Shown: positions 1 through 10,003 of the stretch, piece by piece | How positions within the stretch are numbered: position 1 is the stretch's first letter | Layout: the number at the start of each line of letters is the position of its first letter | Source: Synechococcaceae cyanobacterium | GTDB taxonomy: Bacteria; Cyanobacteriota; Cyanobacteriia; PCC-6307; Cyanobiaceae | Direction of reading: 5' to 3' | DNA: 62,671 nt | NCBI GenBank assembly: GCA_947442825.1 | Contig: CANEWU010000001.1 | Span: 1 to 62,671, forward strand | Translations under genes and position numbers: made by a program | The notes under the pieces: model-generated | Database searches by the model: none | Told to the model about the DNA's origin: nothing | Seen by the model: only the letters and a program-made list of their open reading frames with translations

Positions 1-1
1 C

Positions 2-283
2 GGGCGGCGGGTGATGAAGCAGCAGACGGCCCGCGATCTGCGCTCACTCCTCCAGGGCGTCGTGAACGGGGGCACGGGCACGGCCGCCTGGGTGCCAGGT
101 GGTGCGGCGGGTAAAACCGGCACGACAAACGACGCCCGCGATCTTCTCTTCGTGGGCTTTCTGCCCGAGCGGCACTGGACGATGGGCATCTGGCTCGGCA
201 ACGACGACAACCAGCCCACCCGGGCCACCAGCGCCCTGGCGGCGAGCCTCTGGGCCGAAATCCTGCGCGCAACCGCCCCCTGA
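2..283 (+). CDS. Penicillin-binding protein (class A), C-terminal part, 5' truncated by window
   Basis: Transpeptidase motif AGKTGTTND and the VVNGGTG...WLGNDDN pattern. Confidence 0.85.
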   Translation, partial: GRRVMKQQTARDLRSLLQGVVNGGTGTAAWVPGGAAGKTGTTNDARDLLFVGFLPERHWTMGIWLGNDDNQPTRATSALAASLWAEILRATAP

Positions 284-287
284 ACCG

Positions 288-1850
288 ATGGCGATGCCCC
301 CACCCCTGGGCCCGCGCCTCTGGCTCTGGCTAGGCCTGGCCTTCGCCGCCCTCGCCCTGGTGGGCGTGGTGCTACAGGCCCTGAACCAACTGCTCTGGCA
401 GCTGAGCTACTGGCTTCCGGGCTGGCTGCTGACGCCCCTGCTGCTGCTGCTTGTGGGCGCCGTCGGCCTGGCGGCGGTGCAGGTCGGCTGGCCCTGGTGG
501 CAGGCCTGGCGCAGCGGCTCCCGCAGCGGCTCGGGCGGCGCCAGCCCCCTGCCCCCTGCAAACCGCCGGGAAGCGGCCCGCCGCAATCTCGAAGCGATTG
601 ACCGCACCCTGGAGAGGGTGCGCGATGCGGTGGAGCGGGAGGCCCTGCGCGAGGAGCGCCAACGCATGGAGACCGAGCTGGAGCGCGGTGATCTCGTGAT
701 CGTGGTGTTCGGCTGCGGCTCTTCCGGCAAGACCTCCCTGATCCGGGCCCTGCTGCGGGAGCTGGTGGGGGAGGTGGGGGCAGCGATGGGCAGCACGCGC
801 GAGACCCAGCGCTACCGACTGCGGCTTCAGGGTCTGGAACGGGCGGTGATCCTTGAGGACACTCCCGGCATCCTTGAGGCCGGGGAGGAGGGGCGCGAGC
901 GCGAGACCCTGGCCCGGGGCCAGGCGGTGCGAGCCGATCTTTTGCTGCTTGTGGTGGATGGCGATCTACGGGCCAGCGAACAGGAGGTGTTCACGGCACT
1001 GGCCTCCCTGGGCAAGCGCCTGCTGCTGGTGCTCAACAAATGCGACCTGCGCGGCGAGCAGGAGGAACAGCGCCTCCTCGCCCTGCTGCGACGCCGTTGC
1101 ACCGGTCGCATCGCGCCGGAGGATGTGATCCCTGCCAGTGCCTCCCCCCAGTCGGTGCCCATGCCCGGCGGCCGCCCCCTGCAGCCACCACCGGAAATCG
1201 AGGTGCTTTTACGCCGCATCGCCACGGTGCTGCGCCAGGACGGAGAGGAACTGATCGCCGACAACCTGTTGCTGCAGTGCCGGCGGCTGGGGGAGGCAAG
1301 CCGGGAGTTGCTCGATCGCCAGCGGCGCACCGACGCCGAGGCGATCGTGGATCGCTACGCCTGGATCGGGGCGGGCGTGCTGCTGGCCACCCCGCTGCCC
1401 GGCCTCGACCTGCTCGGCACCGCCGCCGTCAATGCCCAGATGGTGGTGGAGATCGGCCGCGTTTACGGCATAACGCTCAGCCGCGCTGCGGCGCAGGAGC
1501 TGGCGGTGTCGGTGGGCCGTACCCTGGCTGGCCTGGGCTTGATCAAGGGGGGGGCGGCCCTGCTCAGTGCGGCGCTGAGCCTCAACCTGCCCGCCCTGTT
1601 GGTGAGCCGGGCGCTGCAGGCGGTGAGCGGAGCCTGGCTGACGCGGGTGGCGGGGCGGAGCTTCCTCACCTACTTCCAGCAGGACCAGGACTGGGGCGAT
1701 GGCGGCATGCAGGAGGTGCTGCAGCGCGAATACGAACTGAACCGCCGTGAGGGGGCGCTGCGCAGCTTCCTGGCCGCCGCCTTCACGCGGGTGGTGGAAC
1801 CGCTGCAGCGGCAGGCCGACCCCCAGCTTCCGCCGCGCCCGGGTCCGTGA
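288..1850 (+). CDS. YcjF/DUF697-family protein with Era-like GTPase domain and N-terminal TM helices
   Basis: G1 GCGSSGKTS, G3 DTPG, G4 NKCD; ATG at 288. Confidence 0.8.
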   Translation: MAMPPPLGPRLWLWLGLAFAALALVGVVLQALNQLLWQLSYWLPGWLLTPLLLLLVGAVGLAAVQVGWPWWQAWRSGSRSGSGGASPLPPANRREAARRNLEAIDRTLERVRDAVEREALREERQRMETELERGDLVIVVFGCGSSGKTSLIRALLRELVGEVGAAMGSTRETQRYRLRLQGLERAVILEDTPGILEAGEEGRERETLARGQAVRADLLLLVVDGDLRASEQEVFTALASLGKRLLLVLNKCDLRGEQEEQRLLALLRRRCTGRIAPEDVIPASASPQSVPMPGGRPLQPPPEIEVLLRRIATVLRQDGEELIADNLLLQCRRLGEASRELLDRQRRTDAEAIVDRYAWIGAGVLLATPLPGLDLLGTAAVNAQMVVEIGRVYGITLSRAAAQELAVSVGRTLAGLGLIKGGAALLSAALSLNLPALLVSRALQAVSGAWLTRVAGRSFLTYFQQDQDWGDGGMQEVLQREYELNRREGALRSFLAAAFTRVVEPLQRQADPQLPPRPGP

Positions 1851-2028
1851 GGGGAGCCACGAAGGCACCAGAAAGAGCCTCAGGCGGTGGCGGCTGCAGC
1901 GGCCCGCGGCTGTCCAGCATCGTAACGAAGGCCAGGTAAAGCACAGCCACCAGGATCGAGAGGGCGCCGGTGACGATCGCCACCCAGCGGGAACGGCGGC
2001 TCGGGGGCTCGGGAGGGGTGGGACTCAT
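1783..2028 (-). CDS. Small single-TM hypothetical protein
   Basis: WVAIVTGALSILVAVLYLAFVTMLDSRGPLQPPPPEA; start overlaps the stop of the upstream decarboxylase (ATGA). Confidence 0.6.
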   Translation of the reverse strand: MSPTPPEPPSRRSRWVAIVTGALSILVAVLYLAFVTMLDSRGPLQPPPPEALSGAFVAPLTDPGAAEAGGRPAAAAVPPPA

Positions 2029-3470
2029 CGGGGGGGAAGGGAATCGATCACGATCGTGGCGAGGTGCTCCAGGTCGGCTGGGCGGGTGTAGGGGTTGCCC
2101 AGCACCGCCTTGAGGTGGCGCCGGCCATGGTGGAGCGGACGGGAGAGCATCAGATTCGCCTCCAGCAGGGAGGCGCGGGTGCGCTGGCTCCAGGCCTCCG
2201 CTGCTGACGCATCGCCCCCCGCCGGTGTGAACGCCAGCAGGTGGAGCGGCCCGCCGCAGCAAACCAGGCGGCCGGCGGCGGGCTCAAGAAGGGTCTCCAG
2301 GGTGCGACAGCGCGCAAGGGCTCCCCTCAGCAGGGCGTCGATGCCCTCGAAACCGAGTTGGCGCAAGCCGAGCCAGAGCTTGAGGATCTCCGCCGGGCGA
2401 GTGCCCTGCAGGCCCGCCTCGCCACCGTGCTCGCCGTCGTCCGGGGGCTCCATGTAGGGCAGGCCGGTGCCAAAGGTGCGGCCCAGGGCTTGGGGCTCCG
2501 CCAGCAGCAGCAACGAGGAGGTCTTCGGGATGCCCAACAGCTTCTGGGGATTCACCGTGAGCGAATCGGCCTGCCCCAGGCCCTCAAGGGCTGGCGGCAC
2601 GGCGGTGCCGAGGGCGAAGACCGCTCCGATCGCTCCGTCCACATGCAGCCACTGCCTCCGCTGGCGGCAGACAGCGGCCAACTCGGCCAATGGGTCGATG
2701 GCCCCGCGCACGGTGGTGCCGGCTGTGGCCACCACCGCGATCACCGGGATCCCCCGGCGATGGAGCCCATCCAGCTGCTCGGCGACGTGCCCACTCTCCA
2801 GTCGCCCCAGCGGATCGAGCGGCAGGCGCAGCAGCGATTCGGGCGGCAGGCCCATCACCATCAACGCCTTGTCAAGAGACACATGGGCGTCAGCGCCACA
2901 GAGCACCACCGCATCGCTACGGCCGGCAAGGCCCCGGCAACGGCGAGCGGTGACAAGGGCCATCAAGTTGCTGAGGCTGCCCCCTGAGGCGGGGACCCCG
3001 CCGGCGCCCGCCGGCATCCCCAGGCTGCGGGCCAGCCAGCGGCACAGATCCCGCTCCAGCCGGCTGAGCCCCGGGGAGAGCTCCTCGGCCAGCAGATTGT
3101 TGTTCAGCCCCGCGCAGACCATCTCGGCGGCGATGGCGGCGGTGAGCGGGGGTGGATCGAGGTGGGCCAGCGCGCCGGGATGGCTGGGGTTGTAGGCGCC
3201 TTCCATCACCCGCCGCAGATCCGCAAGGAGCTGGTGGGGGGGGAGCCCATGCCGATGCGGGGCGGACTCCAGGGGCGGTTGGGGAAGGGGAAGCGGAGTG
3301 CTGGAGCCGGCGCTCGCCAGCCAGCGGCTGAGGTCGGAAGCGGCCTCCTGCAAGAAAGCCACAAGGGGCGCCTCCGCCGCCGGCAAGCCCGCGAACGGGT
3401 CGAGCAAGGGGGCTCCGGCAGAAGCATCGGTGCGCCGGGCTGGGGAGAGGCGGGCCAACGGCGGCTGCAA
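2025..3470 (-). CDS. Group II PLP-dependent decarboxylase (diaminobutyrate decarboxylase-like); start uncertain
   Basis: AHVSLDKA, ATAGTTVRGAIDPL, WLHVDGA and NPQK (PLP lysine) motifs. Confidence 0.85.
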   Translation of the reverse strand: MQPPLARLSPARRTDASAGAPLLDPFAGLPAAEAPLVAFLQEAASDLSRWLASAGSSTPLPLPQPPLESAPHRHGLPPHQLLADLRRVMEGAYNPSHPGALAHLDPPPLTAAIAAEMVCAGLNNNLLAEELSPGLSRLERDLCRWLARSLGMPAGAGGVPASGGSLSNLMALVTARRCRGLAGRSDAVVLCGADAHVSLDKALMVMGLPPESLLRLPLDPLGRLESGHVAEQLDGLHRRGIPVIAVVATAGTTVRGAIDPLAELAAVCRQRRQWLHVDGAIGAVFALGTAVPPALEGLGQADSLTVNPQKLLGIPKTSSLLLLAEPQALGRTFGTGLPYMEPPDDGEHGGEAGLQGTRPAEILKLWLGLRQLGFEGIDALLRGALARCRTLETLLEPAAGRLVCCGGPLHLLAFTPAGGDASAAEAWSQRTRASLLEANLMLSRPLHHGRRHLKAVLGNPYTRPADLEHLATIVIDSLPPR

Positions 3471-3563
3471 GACCAGATCATTCTGCCCGCCTACGGGGGA
3501 CTGACCCCGAGGAGGCGGTGCTGTGCGCATGGGCGGCTACAAGGGGAGGGCTCTCCCCTTGTC

Positions 3564-4109
3564 ATGCCCCGGCCCCCGATCCCAACCGCTCCTGCCGTAC
3601 CGCCGGCTGCGCCCCTCGACCCCTTGGGGCGAGCGGAGCTGTGGATGGACCGCCTGTTGCGACGCGCGGCGGTGGTGGGGGAGGCGGGTGAGGTGCCGGT
3701 GGCGGCGGTGGTGCTGGATCGCGACGGCCGGGCCGTGGGGTGGGGCAGCAACCGCCGCCACCATGGCCAGGACCCGCTTGGCCATGCCGAAATCGTGGCC
3801 CTGCGTCAGGCGGCCGCCTTCCGGGGCGACTGGCGCTTTAGCGACTGCACCTTGGTGGTGACGCTTGAACCGTGCCCGATGTGCGCCGGAGCCCTGATCC
3901 AGGCGCGCATGGGCACGGTGGTGTTTGGCGCGGCGGATAGCAAGCGGGGCGCCCTGGGGGGAAGCCTGAATCTGGCGACCGATCCAAGTGCCCACCATCA
4001 CCTCACCGTGATCGCTGGAGTGCGGGGAGAGGCGGCCCGTGCCCAGCTGGAGGGTTGGTTCCGGAAACGGCGCGGGGAGCGAATCGCCCGCGCCCGCCCG
4101 CAGAACTGA
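3564..4109 (+). CDS. tadA: tRNA adenosine deaminase
   Basis: GEVPVAAV, HAE and TLEPCPMC zinc motifs. Confidence 0.85.
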   Translation: MPRPPIPTAPAVPPAAPLDPLGRAELWMDRLLRRAAVVGEAGEVPVAAVVLDRDGRAVGWGSNRRHHGQDPLGHAEIVALRQAAAFRGDWRFSDCTLVVTLEPCPMCAGALIQARMGTVVFGAADSKRGALGGSLNLATDPSAHHHLTVIAGVRGEAARAQLEGWFRKRRGERIARARPQN

Positions 4110-4115
4110 AGAACC

Positions 4116-5306
4116 TCAGGCCGCCACTGCAGCGCGGGCCGGGCTGCGGAATGCAGGCAGCTCGGTCTCGAAAAGGTTCAGCAGGCGATCGACGTTCTCG
4201 GGAGTGCTGTTGTAACCCATCAGACCCACGCGCCAAACCTGGCCGGCCAAGTCCCCGAGGCCACCGCCCACCTCGATGCCGAAGCTGTTGAGCAGGTGCT
4301 GGGAGAAGGCCTTGCCGTCAACCCCCTCGGGGATGCGGACGGTGGTGAGGGTGGGAAGGCGCAACTCCTGGGGAACATGAAGCTCAAGACCCAGCTGCTC
4401 CAGGCCTTGCCAGAGGCGCTCGGCGTTGCGGCGATGGCGGTTCCAGGCGTTGTCCAGGCCCTCATCGGCCAGCAGTCGCAGGGCCTCCCGCAGGCCGAAG
4501 TTCATGTTCACCGGGGCGGTGTGGTGGTAGGTGCGGTCGCTGCCCCAGTACTTGTTGAGCAGGGACACGTCCAGGTACCAGTTCGGCACCTTGCCGGTGC
4601 GGGCGGCCAGCTTTGCCTCCGCCCGTGGACCCATCGAGAAGGGACCGAGACCGGGGGGGCAGCTGAGGCCCTTCTGGCTGCAGCTGTAGGCCAGGTCCAC
4701 CTTCCAGGCGTCGAGGTACAGGGGCACGGCCCCCAGGGACGTGACCGTGTCGAGCAGAAGGAGGCAGTCGTGGCGGCGGCAGAGATCGCCCAGCCCCTCC
4801 ATCGGCTGGCACACCCCCGTGGAGGTTTCTGCGTGCACCATCGCCAGGATTGCCGGCTTGTGGGTGCTCACCGCCTCCTCAAGCTCCGCCAGGGAGAAGG
4901 CCTCACCCCAGGGGCGTTCGATAGTGACCACATTGGCGCGGTAGCGCTGGGCCATATCCACCAAGCGCTGGCCGAAGTAGCCCATCACGGCCACCAGCAC
5001 GGTGTCGCCGGGCTCGATGGTGTTGGCGAGGGTGGCCTCCATGGCGGCACTTCCGGTGCCACTCATCGGCAGGGTGAGGCGGTTATCGGTCTGCCACACA
5101 TAGCGAAGCAGCTCCTGGACCTCCGCCATCAGCTCGATGTAGAGGGGATCGAGGTGGCCGATCGGTGTGCGGGCGAGGGCCTCAAGCACCATCGGATGGG
5201 CGTTGGAGGGGCCCGGCCCGAGCAGCAGACGGTCGGGGGTGGCAATCGGCGCCAACCCGAGCCGGTGGGCGTCGTTCACAGGCGGCAGGGCGGAGGAAGC
5301 GGGCAA
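4116..5306 (-). CDS. Alanine-glyoxylate/serine-pyruvate aminotransferase (class V)
   Basis: LLLGPGPS, HAETSTG, SCSQKGLSCPPG, YHHTAP. Confidence 0.9.
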   Translation of the reverse strand: MPASSALPPVNDAHRLGLAPIATPDRLLLGPGPSNAHPMVLEALARTPIGHLDPLYIELMAEVQELLRYVWQTDNRLTLPMSGTGSAAMEATLANTIEPGDTVLVAVMGYFGQRLVDMAQRYRANVVTIERPWGEAFSLAELEEAVSTHKPAILAMVHAETSTGVCQPMEGLGDLCRRHDCLLLLDTVTSLGAVPLYLDAWKVDLAYSCSQKGLSCPPGLGPFSMGPRAEAKLAARTGKVPNWYLDVSLLNKYWGSDRTYHHTAPVNMNFGLREALRLLADEGLDNAWNRHRRNAERLWQGLEQLGLELHVPQELRLPTLTTVRIPEGVDGKAFSQHLLNSFGIEVGGGLGDLAGQVWRVGLMGYNSTPENVDRLLNLFETELPAFRSPARAAVAA

Positions 5307-5363
5307 GACCAGGGGCAGCGGAACGGTGCGCTGAGATTAGGGAATGGAGTGGGGTGGCGGGAC

Positions 5364-5882
5364 CTAGCGGGCCCGCACGTTGCTGGCGGCCAGACCGCGG
5401 CACAGGTGGTCGAACGGACCCCGCACGGCTGCGCTGTCGGGGAGGCCGGCAGCGCTCAGCATCTCCACCACCACATCGCCCAGGAGGGCGATCCCGCGCA
5501 CGGTGGGGCCCGTGGGAACGCCAAGGCTCTTGTAGGTGTCGTCCAGGCCGTTGAGCACACGCTCGTCGAGGATGGTGACGTCGTCGGCGATCAGGGCGTA
5601 GCTGGCGTAGCGCAGGAAGTAGTCCATGTCGCGCAGACAGGCGGCCAGGCGCCGGGTGGTGTAGGCGTTGCCACCGGGGAGAATCAGCTCCGGGTTGTCC
5701 TGCCAGAGGCGCTGGGAGGCCTCGCGCACAATCGTTGTGGCCTCCCGGTTGATCAGCTCCACCGCCGCCAGGCGCAGGCTGGCCTGGGCGTAGTAAGCGT
5801 CAATCCGATCGATCGCAGCGCGATCGAAGTAACGGCCGAGCTTGTCGTAGCGACCGATCAGGCCGCTGATGGCATCGCGCAT
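5364..5882 (-). CDS. apcF: Allophycocyanin beta-18 subunit
   Basis: MRDAIS N-terminus, PGGNAYTTRRLAACLRDMDYFLRYASYA, LDERVLNGL. Confidence 0.93.
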   Translation of the reverse strand: MRDAISGLIGRYDKLGRYFDRAAIDRIDAYYAQASLRLAAVELINREATTIVREASQRLWQDNPELILPGGNAYTTRRLAACLRDMDYFLRYASYALIADDVTILDERVLNGLDDTYKSLGVPTGPTVRGIALLGDVVVEMLSAAGLPDSAAVRGPFDHLCRGLAASNVRAR

Positions 5883-6051
5883 GGACGGAATTTCGACGCA
5901 CCTGCAGCGGAAGTTAGCACTCGAAAATCCCCAAGACCCCTGTCGTGGGGCCTGGTTTCAGCAATCTGACAAGAACGGTTACGCAGGCCCGTCCCCTAGG
6001 GAGGGGGAAAGGAGGGCAGGCAGAGCAAGGCCTGGGGTACGGCGGGTTTTG

Positions 6052-6093
6052 GTACCAACGGCTACATAGTGGGGGCGGGCCGCTGCGTACGGT
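6052..6093 (+). promoter_or_regulatory. NtcA-activated glnA promoter: GTA-N8-TAC, 22-nt spacer, TAN3T -10 box
   Basis: GTAccaacggcTAC at 6052-6065 and TACGGT at 6088-6093, canonical NtcA class II geometry. Confidence 0.9.
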
Positions 6094-6150
6094 CCCGTCG
6101 TGCCATGCCCAGCCCGGCTCCGATTCCCTTTCCCAGAGTGCACCACCGCT

Positions 6151-7569
6151 ATGGCCAAGACCGCTCAGGACGTTCTTCGTCAGATCAAGGACGAAGGCAT
6201 CGAGCTGATCGATCTGAAATTCGTCGATCTGCACGGCAAGTGGCAGCACCTCACCGTCTGCTCCGACCTGCTCGACGCCGATGCCTTCACGGACGGCGTT
6301 GCTTTTGACGGCTCGTCCATACGCGGTTGGAAAGCCATCAATGAATCGGACATGGCGATGGTGCCCGATCCTGAGACCGCCTGGATCGATCCTTTCTATA
6401 GCCACAAAACCCTCAGCCTGATCTGCTCGATTCAGGAGCCCCGCAGCGGCGAGCCCTATGCCCGCTGCCCCCGTGCCCTGGCCCAGAAGGCACTGAACTA
6501 TCTCGCCTCCACCGGGCTGGCCGACACCGCCTATTTCGGTCCAGAGCCGGAATTCTTCATCTTCGACGACGTTCGCTACAAGAGCAGCAACGGCAGCAGC
6601 TTCTATCAGGTGGATTCCATCGAGGCCGCCTGGAACACCGATCGCGTAGAGGAGGGCGGCAACCTCGCCTACAAGGTCCTCCTCAAGGAAGGCTATTTCC
6701 CTGTTGCTCCTAATGACACATTACAGGATATTCGCAGTGAAATGCTGCTGACCATGGGTGCCCTCGGGGTGCCCATCGAGAAGCAGCATCACGAAGTCGC
6801 CACCGCCCAACACGAGCTCGGCATCAAGTTCTCGGAGCTGATCAAGGCGGCCGATAATGTGATGATCTACAAATACGTGGTGCGCAACATTGCCCGTAAG
6901 TACGGCAAGAGTGCCACGTTTATGCCCAAGCCTGTCTTCGCAGATAACGGCAGCGGCATGCACGTGCATCAGAGCCTCTGGAAAGGCGGCCAGCCCCTGT
7001 TCTTTGGAGAGGGCACCTACGCCAACCTCTCCCAAACCGCTCGCTGGTATATCGGTGGCCTGCTCAAGCACGCCCCCTCCTTCCTCGCCTTCACCAACCC
7101 CACCACCAACAGCTACAAGCGGCTGGTGCCGGGCTTCGAGGCCCCGGTGAATCTCGTCTACTCCCAGGGCAACCGCTCGGCAGCGGTGCGGATCCCGCTG
7201 ACTGGCCCGAATCCCAAGGCCAAGCGCCTGGAATTCCGTTCCGGCGATGCCCTGGCGAATCCTTATATCGCCTTTGCGGCCATGCTGATGGCCGGCCTGG
7301 ACGGCATCAAAAACCAGATCGACCCCGGTGACGGCACCGACGTCGACCTGTTCGAACTCTCCGCCGAGGAGCTCGCCAAAATCTCCACCGTTCCCGCCTC
7401 GCTCAATGGGTCCCTCGAAGCCCTCGATGCCGACAAGGACTACCTGCTTGCCGGTGGCGTGTTCACGGAAGACTTCATCAGCAACTGGATCGCGATGAAG
7501 TACGAGGAGGTGCAGCAGCTGCGTCAGCGTCCCCACCCCCATGAGTTCGTGATGTACTACGACGCCTGA
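6151..7569 (+). CDS. glnA: Glutamine synthetase type I
   Basis: [30 protein letters not shown]...[10 protein letters not shown]. Confidence 0.98.
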   Translation: MAKTAQDVLRQIKDEGIELIDLKFVDLHGKWQHLTVCSDLLDADAFTDGVAFDGSSIRGWKAINESDMAMVPDPETAWIDPFYSHKTLSLICSIQEPRSGEPYARCPRALAQKALNYLASTGLADTAYFGPEPEFFIFDDVRYKSSNGSSFYQVDSIEAAWNTDRVEEGGNLAYKVLLKEGYFPVAPNDTLQDIRSEMLLTMGALGVPIEKQHHEVATAQHELGIKFSELIKAADNVMIYKYVVRNIARKYGKSATFMPKPVFADNGSGMHVHQSLWKGGQPLFFGEGTYANLSQTARWYIGGLLKHAPSFLAFTNPTTNSYKRLVPGFEAPVNLVYSQGNRSAAVRIPLTGPNPKAKRLEFRSGDALANPYIAFAAMLMAGLDGIKNQIDPGDGTDVDLFELSAEELAKISTVPASLNGSLEALDADKDYLLAGGVFTEDFISNWIAMKYEEVQQLRQRPHPHEFVMYYDA

Positions 7570-7583
7570 TCGCGTTACTCAGA

Positions 7584-7859
7584 TCAGCGGCGCAGCAGCC
7601 AGGCCACCATCAGGCCCAGGCCGCCCCACCGCAGCACGCGCCAGAAACGCTCCGCTCCCCCACCCCCGGACTGCAACCCGGGGGGAAGGGGATCGAGAAG
7701 TCTCTGGGCCAGCGCCAGCCTCTGTCGCCGTCTTCGCATCGGGGCGCTGCCCTCACGCTCCGGCAAGCGGCGACCCGCCAGGTTGAGCAGGGCCGCAAGG
7801 TGGTGCAGCACTCCCGCATCCCGGGGGGCTGGACGCGGTCTGGGGGAAGTCAGTCCCAT
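7584..7859 (-). CDS. Hypothetical protein with C-terminal hydrophobic helix; start uncertain
   Basis: Fills the gap after glnA; ends LRWGGLGLMVAWLLRR. Confidence 0.4.
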   Translation of the reverse strand: MGLTSPRPRPAPRDAGVLHHLAALLNLAGRRLPEREGSAPMRRRRQRLALAQRLLDPLPPGLQSGGGGAERFWRVLRWGGLGLMVAWLLRR

Positions 7860-7915
7860 CGTCGTCAGCACGGAGCGGCTGGGGCCAGGATGGGCCCCCG
7901 CCGCCCCCGCGTCCA

Positions 7916-8263
7916 GTGCAGCACCCTGAGGCCCCCCCGGCGAGCGCCGCGCCCGCCACCACGACATCCCCTTCAGCCACCACTTGGCCGGAGGGGTCCC
8001 TTGATCTCGCTGAGGCTTTGTTGCAGCGGCTGGCGATCGGTGATCGCGAATGGCACGCCGTCAAGAATCAGCCGTCTCGACGCGCGGCCGAGCAGCTGGC
8101 GGCCGGCCTGGTGCAACTGCTCAGCGGGGAGGATCCCCGCCACCGCGAAGCGGGCGAAGCCCGTCTGCGGGCAATCGCCTTGGTCGAGAACGGCCTCGAC
8201 TGGCTGCGCGGCAACCTCAGGGACCCAGGCTGCCCGCACCGCTCCCCCGCAGACCACCGTTGA
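7916..8263 (+). CDS. Conserved cyanobacterial protein (DUF6439-like)
   Basis: LAIGDREWH...RRAAEQLAAGL...WL...DPGCP pattern. Confidence 0.7.
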   Translation: MQHPEAPPASAAPATTTSPSATTWPEGSLDLAEALLQRLAIGDREWHAVKNQPSRRAAEQLAAGLVQLLSGEDPRHREAGEARLRAIALVENGLDWLRGNLRDPGCPHRSPADHR

Positions 8264-8675
8264 AGCGGATCAGCCCCGTCGTCAGACCCTGACGCCGGGC
8301 CGCCAGCTGCAAACGGTTGCCCCGGGGACTCCAACGCACGTCGTCGAAGCAGTGATGGATCAGGAAGAGGCCGCGCCCAGTAATCGAGCCGGCCTCCTGG
8401 GGCAGGTGGCGCACGCGGGAGTGGGGAGGGAGGCCGGGGCCCTCATCCTGGATCTGCCACACCAACCAGCGGGGGGTCACGATGCGCCGCACCCGCAGAC
8501 ACTTGGCCGGATCACAGCCGTTGCCATGGCGCACCGCATTGACCAGGGCCTCCTGCAGGCCCAGTTGCAGCTCGCACTGGCGTGGGGTGCCCCCCACGGG
8601 TTCAAGAAGCAATTCCAGTAACGGTGCCAGCTGCAGTGTGGAGGGCGTGATGTATTCGGCCCAGCGCGCTGCCAT
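8217..8675 (-). CDS. Anti-sigma factor/RsbW-like HATPase domain protein
   Basis: LQEALVNAVRHGN, IQDEGPG, GRGLFLI. Confidence 0.85.
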   Translation of the reverse strand: MAARWAEYITPSTLQLAPLLELLLEPVGGTPRQCELQLGLQEALVNAVRHGNGCDPAKCLRVRRIVTPRWLVWQIQDEGPGLPPHSRVRHLPQEAGSITGRGLFLIHHCFDDVRWSPRGNRLQLAARRQGLTTGLIRFNGGLRGSGAGSLGP

Positions 8676-8756
8676 GGAGGCGTCTGCCAAAGGGGAATGG
8701 CTAGCTCACGCTAACCCGGAACGGCCGAGCCCCAGGGGGAGTGGCCGATGGCCGAA

Positions 8757-9491
8757 TCAGGCCGAAGCGGCCTCAATGCGCCGGGCCAGCGCCGGGTGGC
8801 GCAGCAGCGCATCCATCAACCGCACGCCGCGCAACTGGTTGACCAGCGGCATGTGGCCTTCGGGGGCCTCGATCGACCAGGTGAACGAGCCCGGGTAGCG
8901 GGTCCAGATCCCCTGGCTCTTCCAGCCCAGCCGTGGCCAAAGCTTTTCCCATTGCCCCCCGCAGGCCCGCAGCAGACGGCCCTGCACCGAGAAGCCGAAG
9001 CGACCGCGCGAATAGACGATCCAGAGCCGGTCGAGATTTTCCAGGTCGACGCCCGGCATAGGGGCCACCTCGGAGTAGTAGACGTAGCCCCGCCGCTCGG
9101 CATCGGGCCCCGCCAGCTGGCGCAAATGGACGGAGGTGAGGCGGTCGGCCTCTTCGTAGGCCTGCTCCAGCAAGGCCTGCTGCAGGGGCGCATAGGCGAG
9201 GCCGGCGGCGCTGGGGGTGGCCAGCCAGCCCTCGGGGAAGCGCGCCAGCAGGGCGCCGCACTCGCTTGGTTCGCCGCAGCGCACCAGCCACTGCAGCAGG
9301 GTGCCCGCCGCCCAGTCGTCGCCGGTGGCATCGAGCCGCTCAAGGCAGGCGGGGATGAGGGGGATCAGCTCGTTGGCACGCGGCTCGAGCTGAGGGAGCA
9401 GGCTGCGCCGCTGTCGGGGCGACCCGGAGAGGAAACGTTCCAGCAGCTGGTCGATCGCGACGCTGGGGGTGACCGGAGGGCCGGAGAGCAT
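8757..9491 (-). CDS. gun4: GUN4 porphyrin-binding Mg-chelatase activator
   Basis: [32 protein letters not shown]. Confidence 0.92.
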   Translation of the reverse strand: MLSGPPVTPSVAIDQLLERFLSGSPRQRRSLLPQLEPRANELIPLIPACLERLDATGDDWAAGTLLQWLVRCGEPSECGALLARFPEGWLATPSAAGLAYAPLQQALLEQAYEEADRLTSVHLRQLAGPDAERRGYVYYSEVAPMPGVDLENLDRLWIVYSRGRFGFSVQGRLLRACGGQWEKLWPRLGWKSQGIWTRYPGSFTWSIEAPEGHMPLVNQLRGVRLMDALLRHPALARRIEAASA

Positions 9492-9622
9492 GGACGGGTT
9501 CAGGCGGCCGTTCGGAAGGGCCGGCGGTGGCGGCTGCGGCCCACTCTGTCAGACCGATCTGGGGCGTGTGCGGCTGGGCAGCTGCAGCGGCGCTGCCTAG
9601 GATCGAACTTTCGCCGCATCCC

Positions 9623-10003
9623 ATGACCGCCGCGATTCAGTTCTTCCGCGGAGTCGAGGAGCCGGTTGTCCCCGACATCCGACTCACCCGCTCCCGCGAC
9701 GGTCGCACCGGCCAGGCCCTCTTCGTGTTCGAGGAACCCGAGGCCCTCGCCCCGGAAAGCATGGGCGACATCACCGGCATGTTCCTGGTCGATGAGGAGG
9801 GCGAGATGGTCACCCGGGAGGTGAAAGCCCGTTTCGTCAACGGCCGCGCGGCCGCGATCGAGGCCACCTATACCTGGAAGACGAACGAAGACTTCGAGCG
9901 GTTTATGCGCTTTGCCCAGCGCTACGCCGACAGCCACCAGCTGGGCTTCTCCGGCTCCTCTGATGGCGAAGCGGCTGACGACGAAGCGGCTGACGACGCT
10001 TGA
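9623..10003 (+). CDS. psb28: Photosystem II assembly protein Psb28
   Basis: [23 protein letters not shown]...[12 protein letters not shown]. Confidence 0.95.
   Translation: MTAAIQFFRGVEEPVVPDIRLTRSRDGRTGQALFVFEEPEALAPESMGDITGMFLVDEEGEMVTREVKARFVNGRAAAIEATYTWKTNEDFERFMRFAQRYADSHQLGFSGSSDGEAADDEAADDA
9968..9997 (+). repeat. Exact 15-bp tandem duplication (GAAGCGGCTGACGAC x2) at psb28 3' end
   Basis: Read directly; encodes EAADD twice. Confidence 0.9.
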
